DNA of 59,398 nucleotides, the filler included, from Sphacelaria rigidula (taxonomy: Eukaryota): assembly GCA_964200075.2 (NCBI GenBank). It is 5 parts of 5 records of this genome, joined end to end, with 100 filler letters (N's around TTAATTAATTAA, not from the genome) between each part and the next. Parts side by side here need not be neighbours in the genome. Positions count along the whole stretch, not along the records: positions 35,704 to 47,502 come from CAXNAA020004483.1; positions 47,603 to 59,398 come from CAXNAA020004484.1; 3 more parts are not named here. One strand, 5' to 3'. The notes below the pieces were generated by a model. The model was given only the letters and a program-made list of their open reading frames with translations, was not told the origin of the DNA and did no database searches. The first letter of the stretch is position 1. The number at the start of each line of letters is the position of its first letter. Shown here piece by piece: positions 45,340-57,100 of this stretch. The position numbers and the translations under genes were made by a program.

Positions 45340-47502
45340 TACATAATCTGCGGTCGCAGGAACGTCAGCACTGCCTTCACAAACAATCCCTTCTTTGCCC
45401 CCTCGGCCATCGCAACATACTCTGCTTCCGTAGTTGACAGAGTTACGCAGTGTTGCGTGCGGCTCGTTGCCGACACAACCACACCACCGTACATCACGGC
45501 CACCCCTAATACCGAGCGCCTATCCCTTTCCTTCTTCGCGTAATCTGCATCGCAGTAAACTGAAAGCCTACCGTGACCTTTCTCGAACGTAAGTCCAAAA
45601 CCCTTCGTCTCATTGAGGTACTTCAACACTTTCACAACAGCTTCCCAGTGCCTCTCGCATGGGTCATGCGACTGCCGAGCAAGCGCTCGTACTGCATTCG
45701 CGATGTCGGGTCTGGTGACTGTTGCCAGCCACATCAACCCCCCCACTGCGTTACGGTATGGGCGATTCACCTTCTTGTCTTCGCCCGTTGTCGGTCCCAA
45801 TTTTATGGAAACAGAGGCGGGGATTTCCGAGTACCCCCTCACCTCAAAACGCTTCAGGAGCGTGTCCGTGAACGTGGTTTGCGTCACAGACAGCGTGCCT
45901 CTACCCCAGTCTATCCACCGCGCACCCCATGTACCAGGTTACTTCTCCTATATTGTTCGTGGGAAACTTTTTGTCGAGGATTTGACCCACCTTACCTACA
46001 TATTCCTCAGTACCACTGATGAGGATGTCGTCCACACGGACAACTAAAATCGCACGTACTTCTCCTGCATCCTCCATCTTAAAAACACATGGATCAGCTT
46101 CGCACTGCACCATGCCGATATCCTCCGGTAAAGTTTTACACAGAAGACGAGACCACTGCCTGCCCGCTTGCTTGATTCCGTAAATAGATTTTCAAGCTTC
46201 ACGGTCACGTCTGTCAGAATGGAGCATCCTTCAGGCAATCTCATGTACACATCAGTATCCATTTCCGCTTGAACAAAAGCCTGTGTCACATCACAATGGT
46301 ATAGCGGCCACTCTTCCTGAACTACCACTGCCACGACCAGTTTGATGGAGGCCATGGAGAGCGTTGCCGCGAAAGTCTCGAAATAGTCGACTGCAAAACG
46401 TTGTCCAAATCGTCGCGCTACTAACCTTGCCTTCGCCTTCGTTACAGTACCATCTGCGTCAGTCTTCCAACTAAAATCCCACCTCGCTGAGATCACGCTT
46501 GCTGCTTCCGGTACAGGGCCAGTCGAAAATGTTCCGGCCTTATCGTGACCTCCTAGCTCAGCCTGCATCGCGCCTACCCATGCCTCTCGAATTCTGACTT
46601 GACAATGTCATCCATACTGGTTGGTGCAGCCTCTATTTCGCTTACGTGTAGGCCAACTGGTGAACGCAAACCGAATTCAGGCTGCCCTACTCTGTTTTCC
46701 TCAGCGACAACCCAAAAAACTCGTTTTCAGCTGACTCGTGTTGAGTCTAAATGATTGTGTCTTACCCAGCCACCTGTCCTGCTGCCGCGATGATCAGCTC
46801 CATGGTTGAGCATTTGCCCTCCGCCATTCCCGCCAGCGCCATCTCCGCTTCCTCCTTGCTTTCCTCCGCTCCGTCAGCCACCAGCGTGTCGTCTCGTGCG
46901 TGCACCGACCCCATTGCCTCGCGCGTTTGGCTTCTCGTACGCCCCGCCCTTGGTGTTGGTACCCGGTCAGCCCACGCAAGACGGCGTTGCTCGGTCCTCG
47001 GGAGTTGAGGAGCGTCGCCGCCCCCCCCGCCATCTTGCGAGGGACCCGTGGAAGAGGGTTGTAATGCGTGAGAGGACCGCGTGCTTAGAGGACCGCATCG
47101 GAATTTGAACATCCCTATGGTTAGGGTTAGGGGTAGGGGTAGTGTTGGGGTTAAGATCAGGGGCGTGGTACCTGCAGGGACTGCCTCGATTGGTTTTGAG
47201 AAACATCGATACTGAGGTGTTTTTAACTACGGCGCGGTCCTCTAAGCACGCGGTCCTCTCACGCATTACAAGGGTGTCAGTGCGGGCGACGAGGCAGTGT
47301 CCGATGCCGATGTGAGCGTCGGCGTAGGTGTCGGCGTCTGCACTGTTGTTGGCGTCGATGATGATGATGATGATGATGATGTTTCCGGCTCCACCTCACC
47401 CCCTCCGCTCGCAAAATCTGGAACGGGGATCCCTGGTATCACCCCGCCTTCCCCCCTCCCTCGCGGGGGCGGTGAAGGTACTTCGCCCCCTCCACTACTG
47501 AC
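45340..47502 (-). mobile_element. Decayed Ty1/copia retrotransposon (IN-RT linker, RT, RNase H)
   Basis: Motifs W.FSWK...KARLVAR.FGQ...DYFETFA, DVTQAFVQA, DPCVF, VDDIL, YR.AVGGLMWL..TRPDIA, YCDADYA, DRRSV.G and LSTTEAEYVA. Frameshifts near 46190 and 45900. Confidence 0.93.
47060..47270. mobile_element. 211-bp MITE with perfect 37-bp TIRs (TGT...ACA) and 5-bp TSD AGGGT, inserted in the copia element
   Basis: TIRs at 47060-47096 and 47234-47270. AGGGT lies at 47055-47059 and 47271-47275. Confidence 0.92.
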
Positions 47503-47649
47503 NNNNNNNNNNNNNNNNNNNNNNNNNNNNNNNNNNNNNNNNNNNNTTAATTAATTAANNNNNNNNNNNNNNNNNNNNNNNNNNNNNNNNNNNNNNNNNN
47601 NNTCCGTGGCTTTGCCGTGTGTGCGGTTGGGGTGGCGTGGTGGGGGGGG

Positions 47650-50600
47650 GGGGGGGGGGGGGGGGTGGGCGGCCATATCGCACCACGGAGCGCGTGCAGA
47701 CGGCAGTGCGTACAGGAGGTGTTGATCGGAGCTGGGACGTGGAGGCGTGGGTGCGGGAATACCGGGAGGAAGAATTCACAGGCACCGTAGGTGAGGTACC
47801 GTACCGAGCGTACCCCCGGTATTTACCGGGTTATCTCGTACCGTGGTATGCGTAGGTATCGTAGGTATGGCATTTCAAAGTACCGGATTGGGCGGGTACG
47901 GTAGGTATTGAAATGTCGAAATACCCTGGTATCGTAGGTATGAGTTTTGAAAATACCGGATTGGGCGGATACGGTAGGTATCGAAATGTCGAAATACCCT
48001 GGTATCGCAGGTATCGCAGGTATGGCATTTGAAAATACCGGATTTGGCAAGTGCGGTAGGTATTGAAATCCCGAAATACCCTGGTATTGTAGGTATCGTA
48101 GATATGACATTTGAAAATACCGGACTGGGTCGGTATCGGTAGGGAATGAGATGTCTCTAATACCGGTACCGGGTACCCACCTTACCTACGGTGCCTGTGG
48201 AAGAATGGTGCCCGGATGTTACTTCTGGGCACTTGCAGGCAATAGAAATAAATAAAATTACGGACATCGGTGAGCGCCGCCTCAGTAACGTGAAATTGGT
48301 GACCCTGCGAGGTGACCACTCCTCAGGGGGTGATGGTCGGCAATAATTTCAATACCTTGCGCCGCGGAGATTACCCACGGAGGAGATAGCGAAGCTCGAC
48401 CTGGTCGCCAGGGAGAGGGCACAAACGATCTCCGACCTCGAACGTGAATTGCCCGTGGTGCAGCAGGGAATATATGGACAGGGTACCTCAGCGGAGTCGA
48501 GCGCTTCAGTCGCGACCAACTCTCCTTCTAGCTGGGAACGCGAAGAGGACGTACGGAAAGCCGGGCGGATCGTACGCGAGGACACTGTATCTAATCCGGA
48601 CCTGAAAAATGTGGGGCAAAAAACAGCAGCCCGGACAGTATCGACAGGGACCTTGTGCCAGTGCGTGAAATATACCGCGGCGTTGCCTGTGATGCTACGC
48701 ATGTTGTTTCGGGCAGCCTTTGGCTATTCTATGGGATTTGAGGTTATGGGAGAAAGCGCGCAGAGCCCAGCCCCTGACGCGGGGGGATAGAGCGCCAGTA
48801 ACAACGAACGAACCTTCTCGTTCTTCGTTGGCAATGATGTTCGCCAAGCCCGTGCTACGGCGGTCGTACAGGGTCTCCCACGAGGTCATGCTTGTCCAGG
48901 TGCTGAATTTTCACGATATTATCAGGAAAGTAAACGATTTTCCTAGCGACCCTCGTGCTGTGTCTGTCCGACAGCAAATGCGCCAAGTTGGAGGGGGTCA
49001 TCATCCAGTCGGCGCGAGAGAAAGGCGTCATCCCGCAATCGCTGGAGACGGTCGTAGTGGCGTTCGACAACGGCGACACGAAAGCAGTGATGAAAAGCCT
49101 GATTTGATCGCAGTGCCTCTCCCTCATCACCGCAACATGTGTGGGAGTGAAACCTGTCCATTCCACCTAAAAAAAATCTCCGACTGACTTTCTCCTCATT
49201 CTGACTGGACCCAGCTGGCCAAATTAACGCTGGGGGATGTAGGGTACGATTTTTCTCGTGACGACCCCCACCGTGTTTTTCATCAACACGCCATGTACCT
49301 GTTGGGGAGCGCGCGCAGGAGTACAGATCGACTGCGGAAGGAGCAGGATACGTGCATGGAGGCAGAGCCCCGCAATGTAGGGCCGTTCGTGTGCGCAAAC
49401 TTTCCATTCCTAGGGGGTGGCGTGATAGCTTCAATATTTTCCTCGATCGGATGTGAGTGTGCGTCCTTTTCTGCAACACCATTTCCGCCTCAACCCTTTT
49501 TGGGACCGTAGTGGACTGCCCGGAGGTAAGGGCCTATCGTGAATCGCCATCATTTTCGCTTGAAAAACGACCGCACAATGATGCTGATTCACGAATGGAC
49601 CCTGCGTGCAAACCAGGTCCTTGCTCCTGGTTAGTAGTGCTTCAGTCCCATAAGGGTCAAGTCATGTTTCCGAGACCGGCTGTACATATATTTCTTCGAG
49701 GTGTGTGTGGGGGGGGGGGGGCTCTTGTTTTGTCGATCATTGCTCTATCAGATTTCTGGTGCGTGTTTCGGCTGGGGGAGCGCCCATCACGTGACCATGG
49801 TTGGATCCGTCGTCGAAAGTCTAAGCCGGTGATGAAGCGACCCTCGATTGAGTTCGTCGTTACTGCCAGATGCACCCCGAGTTCTGGGGATGAGCTATTG
49901 CTGTGGTCCGAGGATTTCCACGTTTTTTACTCATCTAGCGAAGGCGTTGCTGAAACGTAACTGGGGGGCAGGCACAGAACGCGTCGCGAAAGAGCTCTGT
50001 GGTGACTGACACGTAGAGCCGCAGGCGGCAGTTACTGCCGTCGTGCGCACCACCACATCACGGCTCTACACGAGTCTTTCATGATCGTCATAACCGCGGC
50101 GGTGCGGGATAAATTGGGTCCTGCCCTGAACGAAGGCGCCGACGACACTCCGCAGATGAATGACTGGATCGAGCGCCCAGCGCTCAAACTCCAGACGGTT
50201 CAGATTTTGCTAGCATTTCCTTCTCGTTGACTACCCCGCGTACTCGGGTGTGCGAACGGGTGTACACACTGGAAATCTCACACCGTACAACACCTGGCTT
50301 CGCATTGCGGCGCGGACATTTTGTGGCTACGGCAAGGACAACTACCCGGAGGTAATTGCCGGACTCCTCGGGGACCTCGCACGTATGATCGACGGTGATC
50401 ACGAGGTGATGTCGCGAGATGTTTTCCACGTCAATGGACGTCAATGCTTGTTCTCGCAACGCCTTGGACTAGCCCCAAGAAGTGGCCAGCCGCGGGTTCA
50501 AGAGGGCTACCAAGGAAGTCACAAAGGCCGCCTCTAAGCTGACCGCTATCGTCTGCGTGCCGGAAAGGGCATTCCCCGAAACCGGGGGAGGTTTTCTTCC

Positions 50601-51075
50601 GGGTATAAGCCAGGGCGACAGTGGGACTAAGCTCGTGAAGAAACTTCGGCCCGCCGTGACCCAGGCCATGACAGTCATTTCCGACTCCCTGGCGTTCCTT
50701 GTCGACGGCCGGCGTCATCTAGTGGCGCTGGACGGACGTGTGTTGACGAAACAGAAAGGGGCGGAGATCCCCCATGTCGTCTGCTGTGGTGAGGAGATGT
50801 GGGCGGGCGTGATTAGGAGGATAGTATTAAACGACAAGTGGACAAAAAGCGCGTGGAAAACGAAATTAAAGTTCATCCACCCCACCCGCACGAGCAAAAC
50901 GTCTACCAAACAGGAGGAGAGATTTTTTATGTTGAAGGCGACCCTGAGCGGTTTCCGTGCGCAAGCTCTGGGATAGCACAGAATCCTGACTTCCCTGCAG
51001 AGCCCTGGCCATCTCGTCATGCCGGAGGAGCTGTTCCGAGATGTCGTCCAGATCGGGGCGGTCGTTCCGCAACCT
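47650..51075 (+). mobile_element. Decayed Academ/DUF6589-like DNA transposase
   Basis: Ordered motifs across frameshifts: VVVAFDNGD (~49050-49075), GDEAT (~49830), W.EDFHV then ALLKRNWGAG, GG.Y.RAHHHI.ALHE, FLLVDYPAY..VRTG..TGN, FCGYGKDNY and ALD..QE...R.FK. The N-terminal frame is interrupted by the 47777-48199 MITE. Confidence 0.6.
47777..48199. mobile_element. 423-bp MITE with ~21-bp TIRs (CACAGGCACCGTAGGT..), an 8-bp TSD-like flank and internal tandem repeats
   Basis: The ends CACAGGCACCGTAGGTGAGGT and ACCTTACCTACGGTGCCTGTG are inverted. Flanks are GAAGAATT and GAAGAATG (7 of 8). About four internal 70-80 bp units contain TACCGGA and CGAAATACCCTGGTAT. Confidence 0.85.
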
Positions 51076-51222
51076 GCTTGCCGGACGACCGCCCCGATCC
51101 GCAGGACAGCTTTGAGCAGCTTCTCCGGCGTGACAAGAGGGACATGTCTCGGCAGGAAAGTGAGGATTCGATGCTGCTCGAGAGCTTGCGCAGTGAGACT
51201 GCTCACGCTCGTCTTCGACGCA
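50930..51222. repeat. ~290-bp foldback centred at ~51075
   Basis: GATCGGGGCGGTCGT pairs with ACGACCGCCCCGATC at the centre, and GCGCAAGCTCT with AGAGCTTGCGC near the ends. Confidence 0.9.
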
Positions 51223-51889
51223 CAGCATCCCCCCATCTCTTTCCGTTGGTTGTGCCCTCGTCTATTACTGTCACGGGGTGTACGATGAGTCATCAAATAG
51301 CACATCGCTCGGAAAAGTGAGTTTTCGAGTCACGGCTCCACCGTGCTAAGGAGACAAATATGCGTCCCATCTGTTCATGTGCCATCTTGGGACTCCAATA
51401 TCAGTCATTCGCGCGTAGGGATGGACGAGATACCCCTTCCCCCTGCCTGGTCGTCAAAGGGGGGGGGGGGGGGGGCTAACGCGCTAGGAAGGGCACAGGA
51501 TTACTTTTGGCGCGATAGCATTGGGCGCACGTGCAACGTCTACAAAGTGTGCCCTGCTCATGAAGGCTTGTATCCCATTTTTTCATCGGGGGGGGAGGGG
51601 GAATACAGGGAAGCGTTCATCCTCATGTTTTTGGGAACAGAAAAGGATATTGCACTTTTGGGTGCGGGGCGCGGCGCTGAACGCGGGGTGATCACCTCGA
51701 CAACATGTTCCAGCGCCTAGGCCCGGCGCTCACGGTGCCTGGGCAACATGCCTTACCATTTTTTTAAATTTCGACACATAGCACTAGGCTCAGCTATGGC
51801 GCGGAAAAGAAGATCCTGATAGAATACTTTTTTTTTACAACAAACTAAGAGGGTACATGCGACTCTGTGCTTAAGATTTTATCCATCAT

Positions 51890-52535
51890 GCACCCTTTTT
51901 GTTCATGTGCATTATATTCCATGCTCACGTGTATACCCTTTTTTGTGAAGTGGTGGACGTACCACGGGCTCCGCAGAAGATACGCCGAACAGTCACAACC
52001 ATCCCCATTTGTTTTTGTGAAATTATGCACTTCACCGAAAAGGCCGAAACCCAACGACCGAGAAATTGTAGCCCCCTGCCGGTTTGCCCGCAGACTCGAA
52101 AGATCCGACGATGCATCCAGGGCGCGAACGCTTGTGTGTCGGAGGTCACAAGGATTCGAGGAACATGTATGAAAATCAAATAGTAGATTCTGTAACGGTC
52201 TGATGCTCCACATGACGCCACATGATGCTGTTCGGGCGTGTTTGTGTCGGCAAGACTTTTGTACACATGTTCCTTGGATCTTTGTGATCTCCGGCACACC
52301 AGCGTTCGCGCCCCGGATGCATCGTCGGATCTTTCGGGTCTGCGGGCCAACCAGCAGGGGGCTACAATGTCTTGGTCGTTGGGTTTCGGCCTTGTCGGCA
52401 AAGTGTCATTTCACGAAAATAAATGGGGATGGTTGTGACTGTTCGGCGTATCTTCTGCGGAGCCCATGGAGCGGTTACCGCTTCACATAAAGGGGGGTAT
52501 GGACGTGAATGAAAGGGCGCACACTTGAACAAAAA
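51890..52535. repeat. Large foldback element (~280-bp arms, ~90-bp spacer)
   Basis: 51890-52170 is the reverse complement of ~52263-52535 (e.g. GGGCTCCGCAGAAGATACGCCGAACAGTCACAACCATCCCCATTT). Confidence 0.9.
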
Positions 52536-52807
52536 AAAATGGCGAGATAAACTTTTAGCAGTGTCGAGTGTACAATCCTGGTTTGTTGTCAAAAAGGGGG
52601 CTTTAACTAACTGGCTTTCTCTTCTGCGTCGTAGTTAAGCCTAATGCCATGTGTCAAAAAGAAAAAAACTAGACGGGTATGCTGCCCAGGCACCGTGGGC
52701 GTGGAGCTGAGGCGCTGGAACATGTTTTCGAGGTGCTCAGCCCGTGTGCAGCGCCGCGCCTCGAGCCGAAAAGTGCGGTACCCTTCTTTGTATACTCCCC
52801 CTATTTG

Positions 52808-52862
52808 CCCCCCTGAGGGTTGGCGTCGATTGGCAATGACGCTGTGAAACACGCCACTTACT
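52808..52862 (+). mobile_element. Short 5'-truncated copy of the LINE 3' tail
   Basis: GGGTTGGCGTCG.TTGGC.ATGACGCTGT.AAACACGCCACT matches the tail at ~59354-59398. Confidence 0.75.
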
Positions 52863-54154
52863 GCGTAAGCTAGGAAACAAGGCTACCGGTTTTTTTTTGC
52901 CGTGAGCATGATGGTTGTCGAGCTGTCTCTGGAAGTGGCGATACCAGAAAATGAGGCAACTCATTGCAGGCTGTCATCTACCTGCACGATAAATCAATCC
53001 GCTGCGGGCCAAACAATCTTAGCAAGATACAGCTCACCCCTCATGCGACTCGCCGAATTCATACTGGCGCTTCGCGCTTGGTGATTGATTGCGAGCGTGG
53101 TGGGGCGAAAACCTTGGTGTGCTCCGCCCCGGCTTCGTAGAGATGCAAGGTCAATGGTCTTCTGGCTACGGCATGCAACATCACGAGGACCCCCCCCTAT
53201 CCCCCCCCCTGCCCCTTTTTCCCCCTGCTCCATTCTCTTGGAATCAGTCGATACCCGAGAGGGATTTCTGCTATTAGTTTTTCTTTCCCCAACGTCTCCT
53301 GCACCTCCCGAAAATGAATTATTTTATGGATAGCGTAATAGCCGATTCGGTGGCCCGGTCGCCAATACTTCAATCGCGGCCGAAGTGCGGTTGGCACACG
53401 AAATCCAGCGGACGATAACTGTTTCAGCCACAAGATCTGACGAGGATTCGGCAAAAGTGACCACGCAAATGTCGAGGGAAGCGCAACATAACACCACGGC
53501 TTGCGCGCTTAAACAGGACTCATTGATGGCTAGTATCACCACGACCACGACTTAACTCTGTACTGCGGTGAATATCCCCCCACCTTTGGGCGGTGGTTTG
53601 TGATGGCTGTGCTTGTTTTGTGTATTGCTGCCGGGTCAACGATGGGGTAATGGTGGGTCAAGGGGGGAACTTTCAATCCATAAAGAACAGGGGATCACAC
53701 ATGTCAGACGGGGTCCCACACTCGCGGTGCGCCTTCACTGATTTGCGTGAGAAGGGCTTCGAGCAGTATGAAAGACTCGTGTCTTCATTTAAACATGCGC
53801 ATCCCCAATAAATATATCTGATTTTGACCACGATTTCCAGGACGGTTGGCGGGGAAGAAACGGCCAAAACTACCTACCGCCCGTCCTTTCGTCGGATGAC
53901 TGCAAGCTAACCATTCGTTGCCAACCTTTTCTCACCGCAAGCTAATCATTCATGCGCTGAGGGGGAGGATAGGCGGCAGTTCTTCAGCGTGTTATTTACG
54001 TACAATCGGAGTCAACGTCGGCGGCCGGAAGATGCGGGTTCAAAACTCGGAGTGCTTCCACCGCGCGCTCGCAAGAGAGAGAGACAGAGACAGAGACAGA
54101 AAGGGAGAGAAACAGAGAGAGATATATGCAGAGAGAGAATTTGTTGATTGTCAC

Positions 54155-57100
54155 CTCAAGCCTCGCGTTTTCCTGTTGCAGGATCTTCCTGTCAGTCTGC
54201 ACGCTGTCCACAAGCGCTCTCCAATCGTCACGCTCCTCCACCCGCCACTTCGTGATTACAAACGAAACAAGGAAAAAGCAGGGAGACATCAAGCACGAGA
54301 CTCTCAAAAACAGTGAAGCCTTTGACCGCCAGAGGCGGCTCAATCTGTCGAATCGATATCACTTTTCCTTGGAAAATGACTCGAAATATTCAAGTAGCCA
54401 ACCCTAGCGGCCAAGGGGTCGAGCACGTTATCACTCTAAGATGCGGTCATTTTCCACTGTCTCGCCCGGCGAACGCCATCGAGCAGAACCCTTCCTTTAT
54501 GCACGACAGACGCAACCCATACAAACATCCCGACACCTCCGTTGCGTGCACCTTAAAGCATATCGGCATCACTACAACTATTTCATCCAAGATGAGCTGG
54601 TGGCGATATTTTCGCAACACCCTCGCAGTACGAACCAACCCTGATTACCCAGTGCTACCCGACCCCCTCCCCCCCTCCTCTCCCAAGCCATCAAGTGAAA
54701 CTACGGTAGGGCAGGAGGAGTATGCTTGAGCTAGAAAAGAGCTAGAACATATGGGAGAAAGAAAAGAGGGGGATATGGAAAGATGCAGCTGATAAAACAA
54801 AAGACTTCGATGGCGAGGTGAAGCAAATGTGAGTACGGATAAAAGGGCTGCGTGAGCAAACAGGAAGGAGAGGCAGACAAGGGAAATAGCCACTCTTTAG
54901 TGCACAAAAGGTTTAAATGGATAGTGATTCGAAGGGGAAGAGAGAAGTACTAGTAGAGCGCTGCCGAAAAACTAGGAACACCAACAAGTAACAAGAAGAT
55001 CAACCCGAAACTCGAGGAAGAAACCAACGCGTGGGCAGAAGCAAATGTAGGGGGATCGGAACAGGAAGATCGTGATTGCAAAAGGGTAGCAGAGAGAGTT
55101 CATAAGAAAGGAGGTAAAGGAGTGCGCAGCTAAACTCACAAATTTGAGAAGCAGCAGGGGCGGACGAAATTGTGAAGGAGGTTATGAAGTACGGGCTACA
55201 AGGGATGATTACCATGATGGCTACGTTGTACAACAGGGTCTGGGACAACGAGTACACTCCCGAGAGGTGAAGAGGAGGAGTCGTAGCACTTTTTTCAAGG
55301 AAGGAGACAAGGCTGACCCAGGGAATTATGGGGGGATAACGCCGGTGAGCACCGTAGGGAAGACATGGATAATATTCTAGACGATAGAGTGGGAACGATG
55401 CTAGATAAGGCAGAAAACTTAGCGAGAGGCAAGCAGGGTTCAGACCGGACCGTAGCTGCGTAGGCCATGTGTACACATTAGACAACATTATTCAAGGTAA
55501 GAAAGACGCGGGGGTAATAACGTACTGTTTCTTTCTAGACGTACGATAGGCCTATGGCACAACAGTATGGAGAAATGACCTGTGAAAAAAAAATGTGGGA
55601 AACTGGGATCAGAGGACGGATGTGATGAAACGGTGAAAAGGGCGACATCATGTGCGAGAAGTGCTATCATGCTTTAGTAGATGGGGAAATATCGAAATAT
55701 GTTGATATTTTACAAAGAAATACACAAGGATGTACGTTATCACCCACTTCATTCACAGCATTCATTATTGACATGATAGTAGCAGTTGGGAGCGGCAAAG
55801 TAAGGAGTCAGGGTGGGGGATGATTTGGTATTAGGATTGATGTTCGCGGATGATTTCGCCGCAATATCAGAGACACCAAAAGGATTGCAAAAACAAATAG
55901 AGAAATCACTGGAATACACTAGGAAATGAAGAGTGACGGCCAAAGTGGAAAAAAAATGCGCGGTATGATAAGTTGTGCGTGACGAAGGTAGGGGAGGACC
56001 CGATAGAGTTCAATTCGAAGTGGTGAGAAGAAATACCGTCGATTGTAGACCCGTATGCATACTACCTTTGCGCAAAGAACTAAAGCTGTTCTTGGGTGCA
56101 TACATAGGGGAAGTAATAGGAAGGGGAAAGGCACAGATAGGCATTATGTACGTATTCCCAAGAGGCTCGCACCTCGCTACTGCAGAAGTGGGCGATCTAA
56201 CTATTTAGGGGTGTTCTGGGGTTTTCCTCGCGTACTACTCTTCGATCGAAATCGAAATAGCTAGCGTCGGTAGATTATGGTACAATAAACGGATCATCTT
56301 CGAAACACTGTGCCCAAGTCAGTGTTAGTTGGTGTTATCGGGCGATACGAGTAAATACCCCGTTTATCAGGAGGGTATTATTGACTGTGAAACAAGATTT
56401 TTCGGCTCTAGTGCAATGAGTGGGTAGAATTTCAAAAAAATAGAACTGTAGATTTCTTCACAAATATGATCGGGATAGGCTCGATTGACCGAAAATACCG
56501 AAGAGTAGGAATCTGGGGTGAAACGCGGCAGGATCCCCGATGATCGGTCAGCCGATAAGTCACTCAATATTGAGTACAGATGAATTTTTTCTTGGTATAT
56601 GGAGCTGATACGGATATCTTCAGATCCCGTATGTGATGAGCGGTGGCAAGTGAAAAGAGCCCAAGAAAATAACAAATTACGAAAAAATTACAAGATGCCA
56701 CAAAATGAATAGTTAGACCGCCGAATTTGATTGCACTAGAGCCAGAATATGCAAAACTATGAGAAAGGAACGCGAAGTTGGTGAAGCAGATGGAAACAGT
56801 GCAGATGGCAGCAGCTCGGGACATGCGTGGGATGCTCAAAAACGACGAGTAATACAGTATTGAGAGGAGAATTGGGTATGTACCCACTTGAAACAGGTAA
56901 ATACCTGAGAACATTGCAATGACAATATAATATGTAGGGAGCATGCCAAGAAAGATATTGCCAGCCATAGTCGATCGAGGTTACCTGAAGCAAAGTAACA
57001 AACCAGCAGGCTGGAATAGTGTATGATGGCGTAGTCGAGAAAGTATGGAAGGACATCGGAGGAAGCCAAGACGAGATAATATCCACAGGTAAATGTGGGG

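Noticed and set aside
47830..48140. CRISPR-like array
   Set aside because: The units are degenerate tandem repeats with no unique spacers, inside a TIR element, and there are no cas genes.
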